Assembly: GCA_965224465.1 (NCBI GenBank)
Contig: OZ245049.1
Coordinates: 4,440,001-4,472,000, forward strand
Direction: 5' to 3'
Source: Flavobacteriaceae bacterium
Lineage (GTDB): Bacteria; Bacteroidota; Bacteroidia; Flavobacteriales; Flavobacteriaceae
DNA length: 32,000 bases
The notes beneath the pieces are model-generated. The model ran no database searches. It worked only from the letters and a program-made list of their open reading frames with translations, and was not told the DNA's origin. Positions 1-11,525 of the stretch are shown piece by piece. The translations under genes and the position numbers were made by a program. The number at the start of each line of letters is the position of its first letter. Position 1 is the stretch's first letter.

Positions 1-119
1 TATTATAAAATTTCGATTGCAGGTATTTAGGGTGTATTCATGTTTAAAGGGTGTATTTCACTCGTTGATAGCATTCTTTTTAAGGTATCGTTGGATCGAT
101 TTAATAAAAAAGAAAAAAT

Positions 120-2129
120 ATGAAGAATTACCTTTTTACTCTTGTTTTAGGCGTGTTTTTAATCATTTCTTGTAAGAACTCTTCCAGTGAAGTTCCTTTG
201 ATGAATTCTAATTATGTTGCCGAAACAGTCAATACATTAAATTATATTGGAGAACCGTTGGAGCCTAAAGACAGGTCTATGTTAATGTTTTCTGATCAAG
301 GTGCTTGGTTTGGCTACAGCCTTCCAAAGAACATGAGATTAGGATTTTCGGGTCCTTTTTTAATGACCCAACAGAATGGTGTTTGGGCAAGTCCTATGCT
401 TTTGGAGCTTGAAATTATTGAAAACGGGAATCCAGTAACGTTTAATTCACATAAGAATGATGGTTTTTTGAGTCACCTAGAACAAATATTGGTGAATGAC
501 CATTTAAAAGTACGTCAACAATTGTTTTTTAGCAGTGGACATACAGCGATTCTTCAAACTTTTATTACCAATGTTTCTGAGGAAAAAGTGGTTTTACGAA
601 CAAATTGGAAAGGGGCTTTGTTTGGTGGTTTAGGCTTAGAAATAACATCAGAAGGCAAAAACGAACTCATTATTAACAGTACGAAATCTCAAGCGGTAGG
701 ACATTTTATATTTGATTCTGAAACGGTCTTGTCTGTAACTGATAGTAGTTATATCAGTCAAGGGTATAATTTCACCCTCCTTCCTAAGGAGCAAAAAGAA
801 TTGCGAGTTTCTCAAACATTTATTTTCCCAGAATACAATTGGGAAGATGAAAAAAAGAGTATAAAAACTTCTGGTTTTGGATGTAATTTGTCCGATAGGA
901 TTGAAGATAAAGAGATTCAATTGGCGAGATTGTTTTACGCTAGAAAGGAAATACTAAGAGATAGTATTTATAAAATACCTTTAGCAAAAACGGTGTTTAC
1001 ATTGCAAAATAATTGGCGTATTGCGGCAGGTGAATTAAAGGTTGAGGGATTATTTCCTAGTTATCACTACAAGTGGTTTCATGGGTTTTGGGCTTGGGAT
1101 TCTTGGAAACATGCTGTGGGATTGGCTAAATTTAATGTGGAATTGGCAAAAAACCAAATGCGTACGATGTTTGATTATCAGTCAGAAAATGGTTTTATAG
1201 TGGATTGTATTTTTAGAGACACTACGGTAGAAAAACACAATTATAGAGATACAAAACCTCCATTAGCTGCGTGGGCGGTTTCTAAAATTATTGCAGAGGA
1301 TTCAGATGTAGCGTTTATAAAAGAAATGTATCCAAAATTAAAATTATACCATAGTTGGTGGTATAAAGATAGAGATTATGATCAGGATGGTTTATGCGAG
1401 TACGGATCTACCGATGGTAGTTTGGTGGCTGCCAAATGGGAAAGCGGGATGGACAATGCTGTACGTTTTGATGATAGTAAAATGTTAAAAACGTCTAATA
1501 CTGCTTATTCTTTAGATCAGGAAAGTGTAGATCTAAATGCGTATTTGTATGCAGAAAAATTATTTTTGAGTGGATTGGCAGAAAAAATCGGATTGCTAGC
1601 GGATAGCAAACAATATAAAAGCGAAGCGGCTCTTCTTAAAGAGAAGATTCAAACGCAGTTTTACGATGAGGTGGATGGTTGGTTTTACGATACTTCGTTA
1701 GACGGGAAAACAAAAATAAAAGTAAAAGGATGTGAAGGTTGGTTGCCTTTATGGGCCAATGTAGCTACACAGGATCAAGCAGAAAAAGTAAAAAATGTGA
1801 TGATGAATCCAGCGACGTTTTTTACGAAAGTTCCTTTCCAAACCCTTGCGGCAAATCATCCTAAATTTAATCCACTTGAAGGGTATTGGCGTGGTCCTAA
1901 TTGGTTGGATCAATCTTATTTTGGAATTGTAGGACTGCATAATTACGGGTTTGATACCGAGGCTACCAAGGCAACTGTACAGTTGTTAAAAGGAGCTGAA
2001 GGACTGTTAGAAATAGGCCCTTCTATTCGAGAAAATTACCATCCAATTTCTGGAAAAGGATTGAATGCACAAAATTTTAGTTGGAGTGCTGCCCATGTAT
2101 TGATGTTGCTAACAGAAGAGGGTAAATAA
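120..2129 (+). CDS. Glycoside hydrolase family 63-like (YgjK-type) glucosidase, predicted lipoprotein
   Basis: 669-aa ORF with an N-terminal signal and lipobox-like LIISC. Blocks resembling E. coli YgjK/GH63 are visible by eye: FWAWDSWKHA, TKPPLAAWAV, MYPKLKLYHSWWYKDRDYDQDGLCEYG, AAKWESGMDNAVRFD, GYWRGPNWLDQSYF, NFSWSAAHVLML. Confidence 0.8.
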   Translation: MKNYLFTLVLGVFLIISCKNSSSEVPLMNSNYVAETVNTLNYIGEPLEPKDRSMLMFSDQGAWFGYSLPKNMRLGFSGPFLMTQQNGVWASPMLLELEIIENGNPVTFNSHKNDGFLSHLEQILVNDHLKVRQQLFFSSGHTAILQTFITNVSEEKVVLRTNWKGALFGGLGLEITSEGKNELIINSTKSQAVGHFIFDSETVLSVTDSSYISQGYNFTLLPKEQKELRVSQTFIFPEYNWEDEKKSIKTSGFGCNLSDRIEDKEIQLARLFYARKEILRDSIYKIPLAKTVFTLQNNWRIAAGELKVEGLFPSYHYKWFHGFWAWDSWKHAVGLAKFNVELAKNQMRTMFDYQSENGFIVDCIFRDTTVEKHNYRDTKPPLAAWAVSKIIAEDSDVAFIKEMYPKLKLYHSWWYKDRDYDQDGLCEYGSTDGSLVAAKWESGMDNAVRFDDSKMLKTSNTAYSLDQESVDLNAYLYAEKLFLSGLAEKIGLLADSKQYKSEAALLKEKIQTQFYDEVDGWFYDTSLDGKTKIKVKGCEGWLPLWANVATQDQAEKVKNVMMNPATFFTKVPFQTLAANHPKFNPLEGYWRGPNWLDQSYFGIVGLHNYGFDTEATKATVQLLKGAEGLLEIGPSIRENYHPISGKGLNAQNFSWSAAHVLMLLTEEGK

Positions 2130-2131
2130 TT

Positions 2132-5100
2132 ATGAACTACACAGAGATCAATATAAGCGACAGTCAAGCAGTGAAAATAGCTGCTGATCTTTTTAATGTT
2201 TTTGGAGAAGTAACAAGGCTTCCGGGAGAACTCGATGTTAACTTTAAGGTGCAAACGGACAAAGGAACCGCGTATATTTTAAAAATAAGTCGTCCAGAAG
2301 AAGTTGTTAATTATTTGGATTTTCAACAGAAATTACTGCAACATGTAGCAAAGGTGTCTCCAGAGATTACGGCTCCAAAAGTAGTATTGGATGTCAATAA
2401 TTTAGCAGTAAGTTGTATTGTAGACGACTATGGAAGAGAACGTAAGGTGCGTTTACTTACATGGGTTTATGGAAGGGTATGGTCTCAGGTAAATCCCCAA
2501 TCCGATGTTTTACGTTATAGTTTAGGAAGGCAATGTGGCTTGTTGTCAAAAGCATTGCAGTCGTTTCAACATCCACTGGATACTCGTGTTTTTGATTGGG
2601 ATGTGAATCAAGCTGCTTGGGCCGTTCCATTTGTGCATTTATTTGAAAAGGAAGATCAGAAAATTATTCAGTATTTTCAAGCGTTGTTTTCTAAAAAGCA
2701 ATCCTTATTTCAAGGTTTAAGACAGCAGGTAGTTCACAACGATGCCAATGATAACAATGTGATTGTTTCGGATGATAAGGAAAATCCTGTAGTTGTAGCT
2801 GCCATAGATTATGGAGATGCCATCCGTACAGCTTTAATTAACGATGTTGCCATTTGTTGTGCGTATGCAATTATGGGACATGAAAAACCTTTAGAGGCAG
2901 CTTTGCCTATTCTAAAAGGATATCATTCAGAATTTTCTTTGGAAGAAAAAGAATTGGAAGTTTTGTACACAGCAATTGCTATGCGTTTGGTTATTTCTGT
3001 TACAAAATCTGCCATCAATAAGCAAAAAGAACCTGACAATACTTATTTGTTAATCAGTGAAAAATCAGCATGGAACGTACTTAGAAAATGGTTTTTAATT
3101 GATGCAGATTTAGCGTGTTGTTCCTTTAGAGATGCCTGTGGTTTTACGGCGCATCCTTTGGAAATCAATTTTGTGAATTGGTGTAAAAATCAACAAGTAA
3201 GTCTCAATCAACTATTTCCGACTTTGGGTAAAAAAGAGGTGTTCTCTTTAGATCTGGGTATGGAATCAACATTGGTTGGTTCTCTTTCAGAATTTGAGAA
3301 TCAGAAGCTATTTCAGTTTAAGTTGGATCAAATTCAGGAGCAGCATCCTTCTAAGATATTGGCAGGAGGCTATGCGGAATTACGTCCTTTTTATTCTACA
3401 AACGCTTATAAACAAAAGTCTAATCAAGGATTTGAATATAGAACCAATCATTTAGGAATTGATTTTTGGCTTCCTTCAAATACCCCAGTTCACTGTGTTT
3501 TTCCTGGTGAAGTTGTTATGAGTACGCTGCAAAAACCGCCTAAAAGTTATGGTGGATTGCTTGTGTTGAAACATCAAAATGCGAATGTTACTTTTTATAG
3601 TATCTATGGTCATTTATCAAAAAGAAGTGTTGAAAATTTACCTTGTGGTAGCCTGATGAAAAAAGGTGATTGCCTTGGTTTTATTGGAGATTCTTTTGAA
3701 AACGGACAGTGGTGTCCTCATTTACATTTTCAACTAACATTGGATTTATTCAGTTTTTCTGATGATTTTCCAGGCCTAGGATTTCCAAGTCAAAGATCCG
3801 TTTGGAGTAGTATTTGTCCAAATCCAAATTTGCTTTTTAAGTTGGATGATTTCAATATTAAAAAAACGGTCACTAATAAGGAAATGATTCAGTATAGAAA
3901 AAAATACTTAGGAAAAAGCATGAGCCTTCAATATAAAACACCTCTAAAAATGGTGCGTGGTGATGGGGCGTATTTAATAGATCAATACGGACAAAAATAC
4001 TTGGATACAGTAAATAATGTAGCCCATGTAGGACACGAAAATTCTAGGGTGGTAAAAGCAGGGCAGGCGCAAATGGGCTTGTTAAATACAAATTCGAGGT
4101 ATTTACATGATAATATCAATCAATTGGCGCAAGAGATTATTAAAACCATGCCTTCTATTCTCAATGTTATTCATTTTGTGAATTCGGGAAGTGAAGCCAA
4201 TGAGTTGGCAATCCGTATGGCAAAAGCGGCTACAGGAGCCAAAGATTTTATAGCCTCAGAAGTGGGATACCATGGAAATGCGAATGCCTGTATTGATATT
4301 AGTTCGTATAAGTTTGATGGTAAAGGAGGGCACGGAGCTCCAGAACACACCCATATTTTTCCATTACCTGATGCCTTTAGAGGAAAATATACAGGTGATA
4401 ATACGGCGGATTTATACGCCAATGAGGTTCAATTGTTACTTGATAAAATACATGCCAAATCAAGAAACGTAGCCGCACTTATTTTAGAACCTATCATTAG
4501 TTGTGGAGGACAAATTCCTTTACCTTCTGGTTTTTTGAAAAAAATATATGCAATGGTTAGACATGCAGGAGGTTTGTGCATTTCGGATGAAGTACAAGTA
4601 GGGTGTGGGAGATTAGGAAAAACCTTTTGGGGCTTTCAACTCCATGATGTGATTCCAGACATAGTAACAATAGGTAAACCATTAGGAAATGGACATCCAT
4701 TGGCAGCAGTGGTTTGTACACAGGAAGTAGCAGGTGCATTTGCTAATGGAATGGAGTATTTTAACACCTTTGGTGGGAATCCCGTGTCTTGTGCTATTGG
4801 AACAGCTGTATTGCAAACAATAACAAGAGAGAACTTACAAGAAAAAGCATTAGAAACGGGAACGTATTTGAAGTCTGCGCTGACTAACTTAGCAGTAAAA
4901 TTTCCAATTATAGCCGATGTGCGTGGTGAAGGGCTGTTTTTAGGATTTGAACTGCTAGATGCTAACGGAAAACCCGTGCCAGATAAAGCAGATTATTTAG
5001 TGAATAGAATCAAGGAGTTTAAAGTGCTCATGAGTACAGATGGTCCTGATTATAATGTGCTCAAAATAAAACCGCCGTTGGTCTTTACCCTAGAAAATGC

Positions 5101-5158
5101 CTCTGAGCTTATGGAGTATTTAGCCCTTATCTTGGCGGAAGATTTTATGCGTATATAA
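2132..5158 (+). CDS. Three-domain fusion: APH/hydroxylysine-kinase-like phosphotransferase + M23 peptidase-like domain + class-III PLP aminotransferase/phospho-lyase-like domain
   Basis: 1008-aa ORF starting 2 nt after the upstream stop. The kinase catalytic loop VVHNDANDNN (HxDxxxxN) and IDYGD are present. M23 motifs are HLGID (HxxxD) and HLHFQ (HxH). Class-III aminotransferase blocks are NSGSEANELAIRMAK, DEVQVGCGRLGK and TIGKPLGNGHPLAAV (candidate PLP lysine). Confidence 0.75.
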   Translation: MNYTEINISDSQAVKIAADLFNVFGEVTRLPGELDVNFKVQTDKGTAYILKISRPEEVVNYLDFQQKLLQHVAKVSPEITAPKVVLDVNNLAVSCIVDDYGRERKVRLLTWVYGRVWSQVNPQSDVLRYSLGRQCGLLSKALQSFQHPLDTRVFDWDVNQAAWAVPFVHLFEKEDQKIIQYFQALFSKKQSLFQGLRQQVVHNDANDNNVIVSDDKENPVVVAAIDYGDAIRTALINDVAICCAYAIMGHEKPLEAALPILKGYHSEFSLEEKELEVLYTAIAMRLVISVTKSAINKQKEPDNTYLLISEKSAWNVLRKWFLIDADLACCSFRDACGFTAHPLEINFVNWCKNQQVSLNQLFPTLGKKEVFSLDLGMESTLVGSLSEFENQKLFQFKLDQIQEQHPSKILAGGYAELRPFYSTNAYKQKSNQGFEYRTNHLGIDFWLPSNTPVHCVFPGEVVMSTLQKPPKSYGGLLVLKHQNANVTFYSIYGHLSKRSVENLPCGSLMKKGDCLGFIGDSFENGQWCPHLHFQLTLDLFSFSDDFPGLGFPSQRSVWSSICPNPNLLFKLDDFNIKKTVTNKEMIQYRKKYLGKSMSLQYKTPLKMVRGDGAYLIDQYGQKYLDTVNNVAHVGHENSRVVKAGQAQMGLLNTNSRYLHDNINQLAQEIIKTMPSILNVIHFVNSGSEANELAIRMAKAATGAKDFIASEVGYHGNANACIDISSYKFDGKGGHGAPEHTHIFPLPDAFRGKYTGDNTADLYANEVQLLLDKIHAKSRNVAALILEPIISCGGQIPLPSGFLKKIYAMVRHAGGLCISDEVQVGCGRLGKTFWGFQLHDVIPDIVTIGKPLGNGHPLAAVVCTQEVAGAFANGMEYFNTFGGNPVSCAIGTAVLQTITRENLQEKALETGTYLKSALTNLAVKFPIIADVRGEGLFLGFELLDANGKPVPDKADYLVNRIKEFKVLMSTDGPDYNVLKIKPPLVFTLENASELMEYLALILAEDFMRI

Positions 5159-5200
5159 AAATAATAAGAGAAGAGAGAGATATAATAATAGATGTTTTAA

Positions 5201-8353
<3,153 letters not shown>

Positions 8354-8374
8354 GATTGTAATTGGTAGCATACC
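8354..8374. repeat. 21-nt dispersed/direct repeat GATTGTAATTGGTAGCATACC (copy a)
   Basis: Lies immediately after the lacZ-like stop. It matches 8516..8536 at 20/21 positions, and a looser copy sits at 11512..11530. Confidence 0.6.
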
Positions 8375-8375
8375 A

Positions 8376-8419
8376 AATACATTTCAATTGAGGGTTTAGA
8401 AATAGAATTATTTTTTGTT
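8376..8419. repeat. Small dispersed intergenic repeat, family X (AAATACATTTC..GGTTTAGAAATAGAATTATTTT)
   Basis: Alignable by eye to 11470..11510 and 28376..28418. Confidence 0.55.
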
Positions 8420-8515
8420 CTAGTTAGGCGAAAAGTCTAAGGATAGCCTTAGCTATCGTTCTGTTTTTTTAACAACGCTAGCACGTAAAATAAACTATTT
8501 ATATAGGTCGTTTTG

Positions 8516-8536
8516 GATTGTAATTGGTAACATACC
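8516..8536. repeat. 21-nt direct repeat GATTGTAATTGGTAACATACC (copy b)
   Basis: 20/21 identity to 8354..8374. The two copies flank about 140 bp of non-coding sequence. Confidence 0.6.
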
Positions 8537-8558
8537 TTGAAGAGAGCTTCTTGATTTT

Positions 8559-8596
8559 AAAACTGCATTCATTTTTTTAAAAATGAATGCAGTTTT
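8559..8596. terminator. Bidirectional intrinsic-terminator-like hairpin between convergent genes
   Basis: Perfect 18-nt inverted repeat, AAAACTGCATTCATTTTT / AAAAATGAATGCAGTTTT, with A/T runs on both sides. It lies between the lacZ-like stop (8353) and the minus-strand receptor stop (8602). Confidence 0.7.
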
Positions 8597-8601
8597 TGTA
8601 T

Positions 8602-10818
8602 TTAAATTACTTTTGATAGATGTATTTTTAGACCTAAATAGTAATTAATTCCTTGGTTAGGAATGCCCATTTCTTTAAATCTTGATAGGTGATCTATATA
8701 GGTAGTATTGAAAATATTTTTTATACCTAGCTTTATTTCTATCGGTTTGTTTTTTGTACGCAAGGCTAATTGACATCCAATATGCATCAGATTATATGCA
8801 GGGCTTTGTGTTTCAAAAATACCGATGTGATGCTGTTTTAATTTATACTCATTTTTTATAAAAATACTTTTTAAGGCAATTTTACTGTTGCTTTTAAACG
8901 CGGCACTTAATGTAGTATTGATATTTGTTTGAGGGATTAAAGGAAGTGCATTATTGTTTGTGTCTTCTGCAAATACAGTCGCTAAATTACTTTCTATATG
9001 CAACCAATGGATCGCATGTGGATGGTAATGAAACCCGAGTTCTCCTCCATACAAATAAGCATCTGTTTGTAAATAGTTATAAACAGGATTGTTATGAATA
9101 GAATTCCCTGTTGGAGACAAGTAGATATAGTTTTTTATCTGGTTGTAAAATGGATTGATAGACCATTTAAAATGTTCGTTTTGGTAGCTTATCGAGACAT
9201 CTATTTGTGTGGCTTTTTCGCTTTTTAAAGTGTTGTTTCCTTTTTCAAACCTATTGGTGCCTTCATGAACTCCGTTGGATACTAATTCTGAGGTGTTTGG
9301 AGCTCTAAATCCACTAGAAATATTGGCTCTTAGTTTTATGTTTTTAAAACTGTAAATTCCTCCAGAGGAAAAGGTAATACCGTTGTATTGTTTGCGTAGA
9401 GACGGAAAATTATGTCCATCGGAATTCATTAAAACAGTATTAATTCGTCGAGTATCTGTTCTAATTCCTCCTTGTAATTCTAGTTTTTTACGCTTGTAAT
9501 TTCCTAATACATAAGCACCAGCATCTGTAATTGTAGCATCTGGTATTAAGATTTCTTCTCCGTTGTTTTTATTGTCTTGCGTCATTCCTTGAATTCCAAC
9601 AACAAGATCATAATAGGTTTTAAATACAGGGGAAGACCATTTAGCATCGTAGGTAAAACTGTTAAGTTTAAGTCCTAGGGCGTGTTGTTCTTTATCTTCT
9701 TCAAATTCTTTTCTGTAATTTGAACTATAGCCCAAAATTATATGGAGTTTGGAATCTCCTGTGTAAAAGCTATTGTCAAAACTAAGGCTGTGGTTGCTGA
9801 TGTTTTGAAAAGGAAGTGTTAGTTTTTTAGTGTTAGATTCGTGATAGGTAGCATCTTCTACAATTCCAAAATCGTTTTCTAAATAACTGTATCTTATATT
9901 TGCTATCCAATTATTGTAGTTGAATCCAATAGATGTTTTGATGTTTTTTTCATTAAAACGGGTGTTAAATACTTTTTTTAATGTGGGTGTTTCGTAATCA
10001 GAATGTGTTGCTTTTGATCCGAAAATATTGAATTTTAGATTGTTTTTATGTAGTTTGATTCCTATGTTTGTTTGAAAACCATTTGTATTAGAAAGGTACG
10101 TACTTCCGAAGGAACTTTCTAGGTTGTTTTCTCGGGTGTATCGTTCATCTTTAAAATATAAGACGCCTCCTAGCGCGTCAGATCCATACAAGAGGGATGC
10201 AGGTCCTTTAATTACTTCTACGCTTTCAATTCCGATTTCCCCTACACCTAAGCCGTGCTCGGAACCCCATTGTTGATTTTCAACTCGGATGCCTTGAGCA
10301 AAAGTAACAATTCTATTTCCTGATAGCCCACGGATAACAGGTTTTCCGATACCTGCTCCTGTGGTGTTTTGATCAATACCAGGGATTTGACTAATGGCGG
10401 CAGCTAGAGAAATAGGTGCTGTCTGTTGCAGTGCCTTTATTTTTTTATGACTGATGTTTACCGTGGTACTGCTTTGTAATTTCCCTGTAGGTACAGAGAG
10501 TACTATTTCTTCTAAATCAAAATGACTAGGGCTTAAATAAAAAGTTTTCGGACTTCCCTCGTTATTTTGAAGTTTTGAACTCAAAATACGATAGCCTAAG
10601 GCTTGTATGTAAAGTTGTATTTCGTGTTGTTTGAAACGTGCTAGATGGAACACTCCATTTTTATCGGTTGTTGTACTGGTGGACAAATCTAAAATGTAAA
10701 TTTCAGCATTGGGAATGGGTTTTTCTGTTTCTCTATCTAAGACAATACCTTTAAAATTCTGTCCATAAGAATTTATTGATAGTAAGATTAGGGCAATAAT
10801 TAATGTGATTTTTTGCAT
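8602..10818 (-). CDS. TonB-dependent outer-membrane receptor with N-terminal CarboxypepD_reg-like domain
   Basis: I place the start at MQKITLIIALILLSINSYGQ (ATG at 10818..10816), which gives a signal peptide. A CarboxypepD_reg-like segment (GIVLDRETEKPIPNAEIYILD..DKNGVFHL) is present. Plug-like blocks are IESVEVIKGPASLLYGSDALGGVLYF. A long beta-barrel-like C-terminus has alternating aromatic residues. Confidence 0.8.
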   Translation of the reverse strand: MQKITLIIALILLSINSYGQNFKGIVLDRETEKPIPNAEIYILDLSTSTTTDKNGVFHLARFKQHEIQLYIQALGYRILSSKLQNNEGSPKTFYLSPSHFDLEEIVLSVPTGKLQSSTTVNISHKKIKALQQTAPISLAAAISQIPGIDQNTTGAGIGKPVIRGLSGNRIVTFAQGIRVENQQWGSEHGLGVGEIGIESVEVIKGPASLLYGSDALGGVLYFKDERYTRENNLESSFGSTYLSNTNGFQTNIGIKLHKNNLKFNIFGSKATHSDYETPTLKKVFNTRFNEKNIKTSIGFNYNNWIANIRYSYLENDFGIVEDATYHESNTKKLTLPFQNISNHSLSFDNSFYTGDSKLHIILGYSSNYRKEFEEDKEQHALGLKLNSFTYDAKWSSPVFKTYYDLVVGIQGMTQDNKNNGEEILIPDATITDAGAYVLGNYKRKKLELQGGIRTDTRRINTVLMNSDGHNFPSLRKQYNGITFSSGGIYSFKNIKLRANISSGFRAPNTSELVSNGVHEGTNRFEKGNNTLKSEKATQIDVSISYQNEHFKWSINPFYNQIKNYIYLSPTGNSIHNNPVYNYLQTDAYLYGGELGFHYHPHAIHWLHIESNLATVFAEDTNNNALPLIPQTNINTTLSAAFKSNSKIALKSIFIKNEYKLKQHHIGIFETQSPAYNLMHIGCQLALRTKNKPIEIKLGIKNIFNTTYIDHLSRFKEMGIPNQGINYYLGLKIHLSKVI

Positions 10819-10832
10819 GATTTTTATATATT

Positions 10833-10885
10833 TGTAACGATGTTGCAAATGTATAAAACATTTTAATAAATGCAACATTGTTGCA
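10833..10885. promoter_or_regulatory. Two operator-like inverted repeats (TGTAAC-GAT-GTTGCA and TGCAAC-ATT-GTTGCA) in the divergent promoter region
   Basis: Site 1 (10833..10847) has a 5/6 arm match and site 2 (10871..10885) a perfect 6-bp arm match. Both lie in the 77-bp gap between the receptor start (10818) and the Fur-family gene start (10896). Confidence 0.45.
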
Positions 10886-10895
10886 TTAAAATATT

Positions 10896-11303
10896 ATGAT
10901 AAATTTGTTAAAAGGTAAAAAATTAAGCGAAACCCCTTTTAGAAAAGAGGTGTTGACCATTTTTATGAACTACAAAATTGCCATTCCAATGGCAGTTATT
11001 GAAAAGGATTTAAAAGATTATAATAGAATTACTTTATACAGAACTATTAAAATATTCTTAGAAAAGGGATTGATTCATGAAATATCCATGAGTGGTGAAG
11101 CCTCTAGTTACGCTTTATGCCAAGATGCCTGTTCTTCAAAATTACACCAGCATCAGCATGTTCATTTTAAATGTAGGCGATGCAATACGGTGCGTTGTGT
11201 GGAAATTTCGGAGTTTCCACATGTAGTATTGCCTAATTATCAAGTAGAACAATTGGAAATTCAAGCAACAGGAATTTGCAGTCTGTGTTTAGAAAAGGCA
11301 TAG
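10896..11303 (+). CDS. Fur-family metal-responsive transcriptional regulator (Fur/Zur-like)
   Basis: 135 aa with a winged-helix-like N-terminus (ITLYRTIKIFLEKGLIHE). A His-rich HQHQHVHFKCRRCNTV segment and C-terminal CSLC form paired CxxC motifs typical of Fur-family structural Zn sites. Transcribed divergently from a TonB-dependent receptor. Confidence 0.7.
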   Translation: MINLLKGKKLSETPFRKEVLTIFMNYKIAIPMAVIEKDLKDYNRITLYRTIKIFLEKGLIHEISMSGEASSYALCQDACSSKLHQHQHVHFKCRRCNTVRCVEISEFPHVVLPNYQVEQLEIQATGICSLCLEKA

Positions 11304-11469
11304 TGTTTTGGCTGCGGTATTGAGACGCTGCTTTTAACTTTTTTTTGAGCTTTTTAGGGAGTGCGTTGGTATCATAAAATGGAAGGAATGTATTTACCAA
11401 ACAACGATGCCCCCTTTGTTACAAAGAGGTCATCGATATTCAGTAGCATGCTTTAGCTAAAGTTATAGT

Positions 11470-11510
11470 AAATATATTTCCAAGTGACGGTTTAGAAATG
11501 GAATTATTTT
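11470..11510. repeat. Small dispersed intergenic repeat, family X
   Basis: AAATATATTTCCAAGTGACGGTTTAGAAATGGAATTATTTT closely matches 28376..28418 and 8376..8419. It is followed by a degenerate copy of the 21-nt GATTGTA.TTGGTA motif (11512..11530). Confidence 0.55.
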
Positions 11511-11525
11511 GGATTGTATTTGGTA

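Noticed and set aside
10819-10878. A longer N-terminal extension of the TonB-dependent receptor (MLHLLKCFIHLQHRYKYIKI...).
   Set aside because: The extension precedes a canonical signal peptide that starts at MQKITL (10818). It would also run through the palindromic operator/promoter region.
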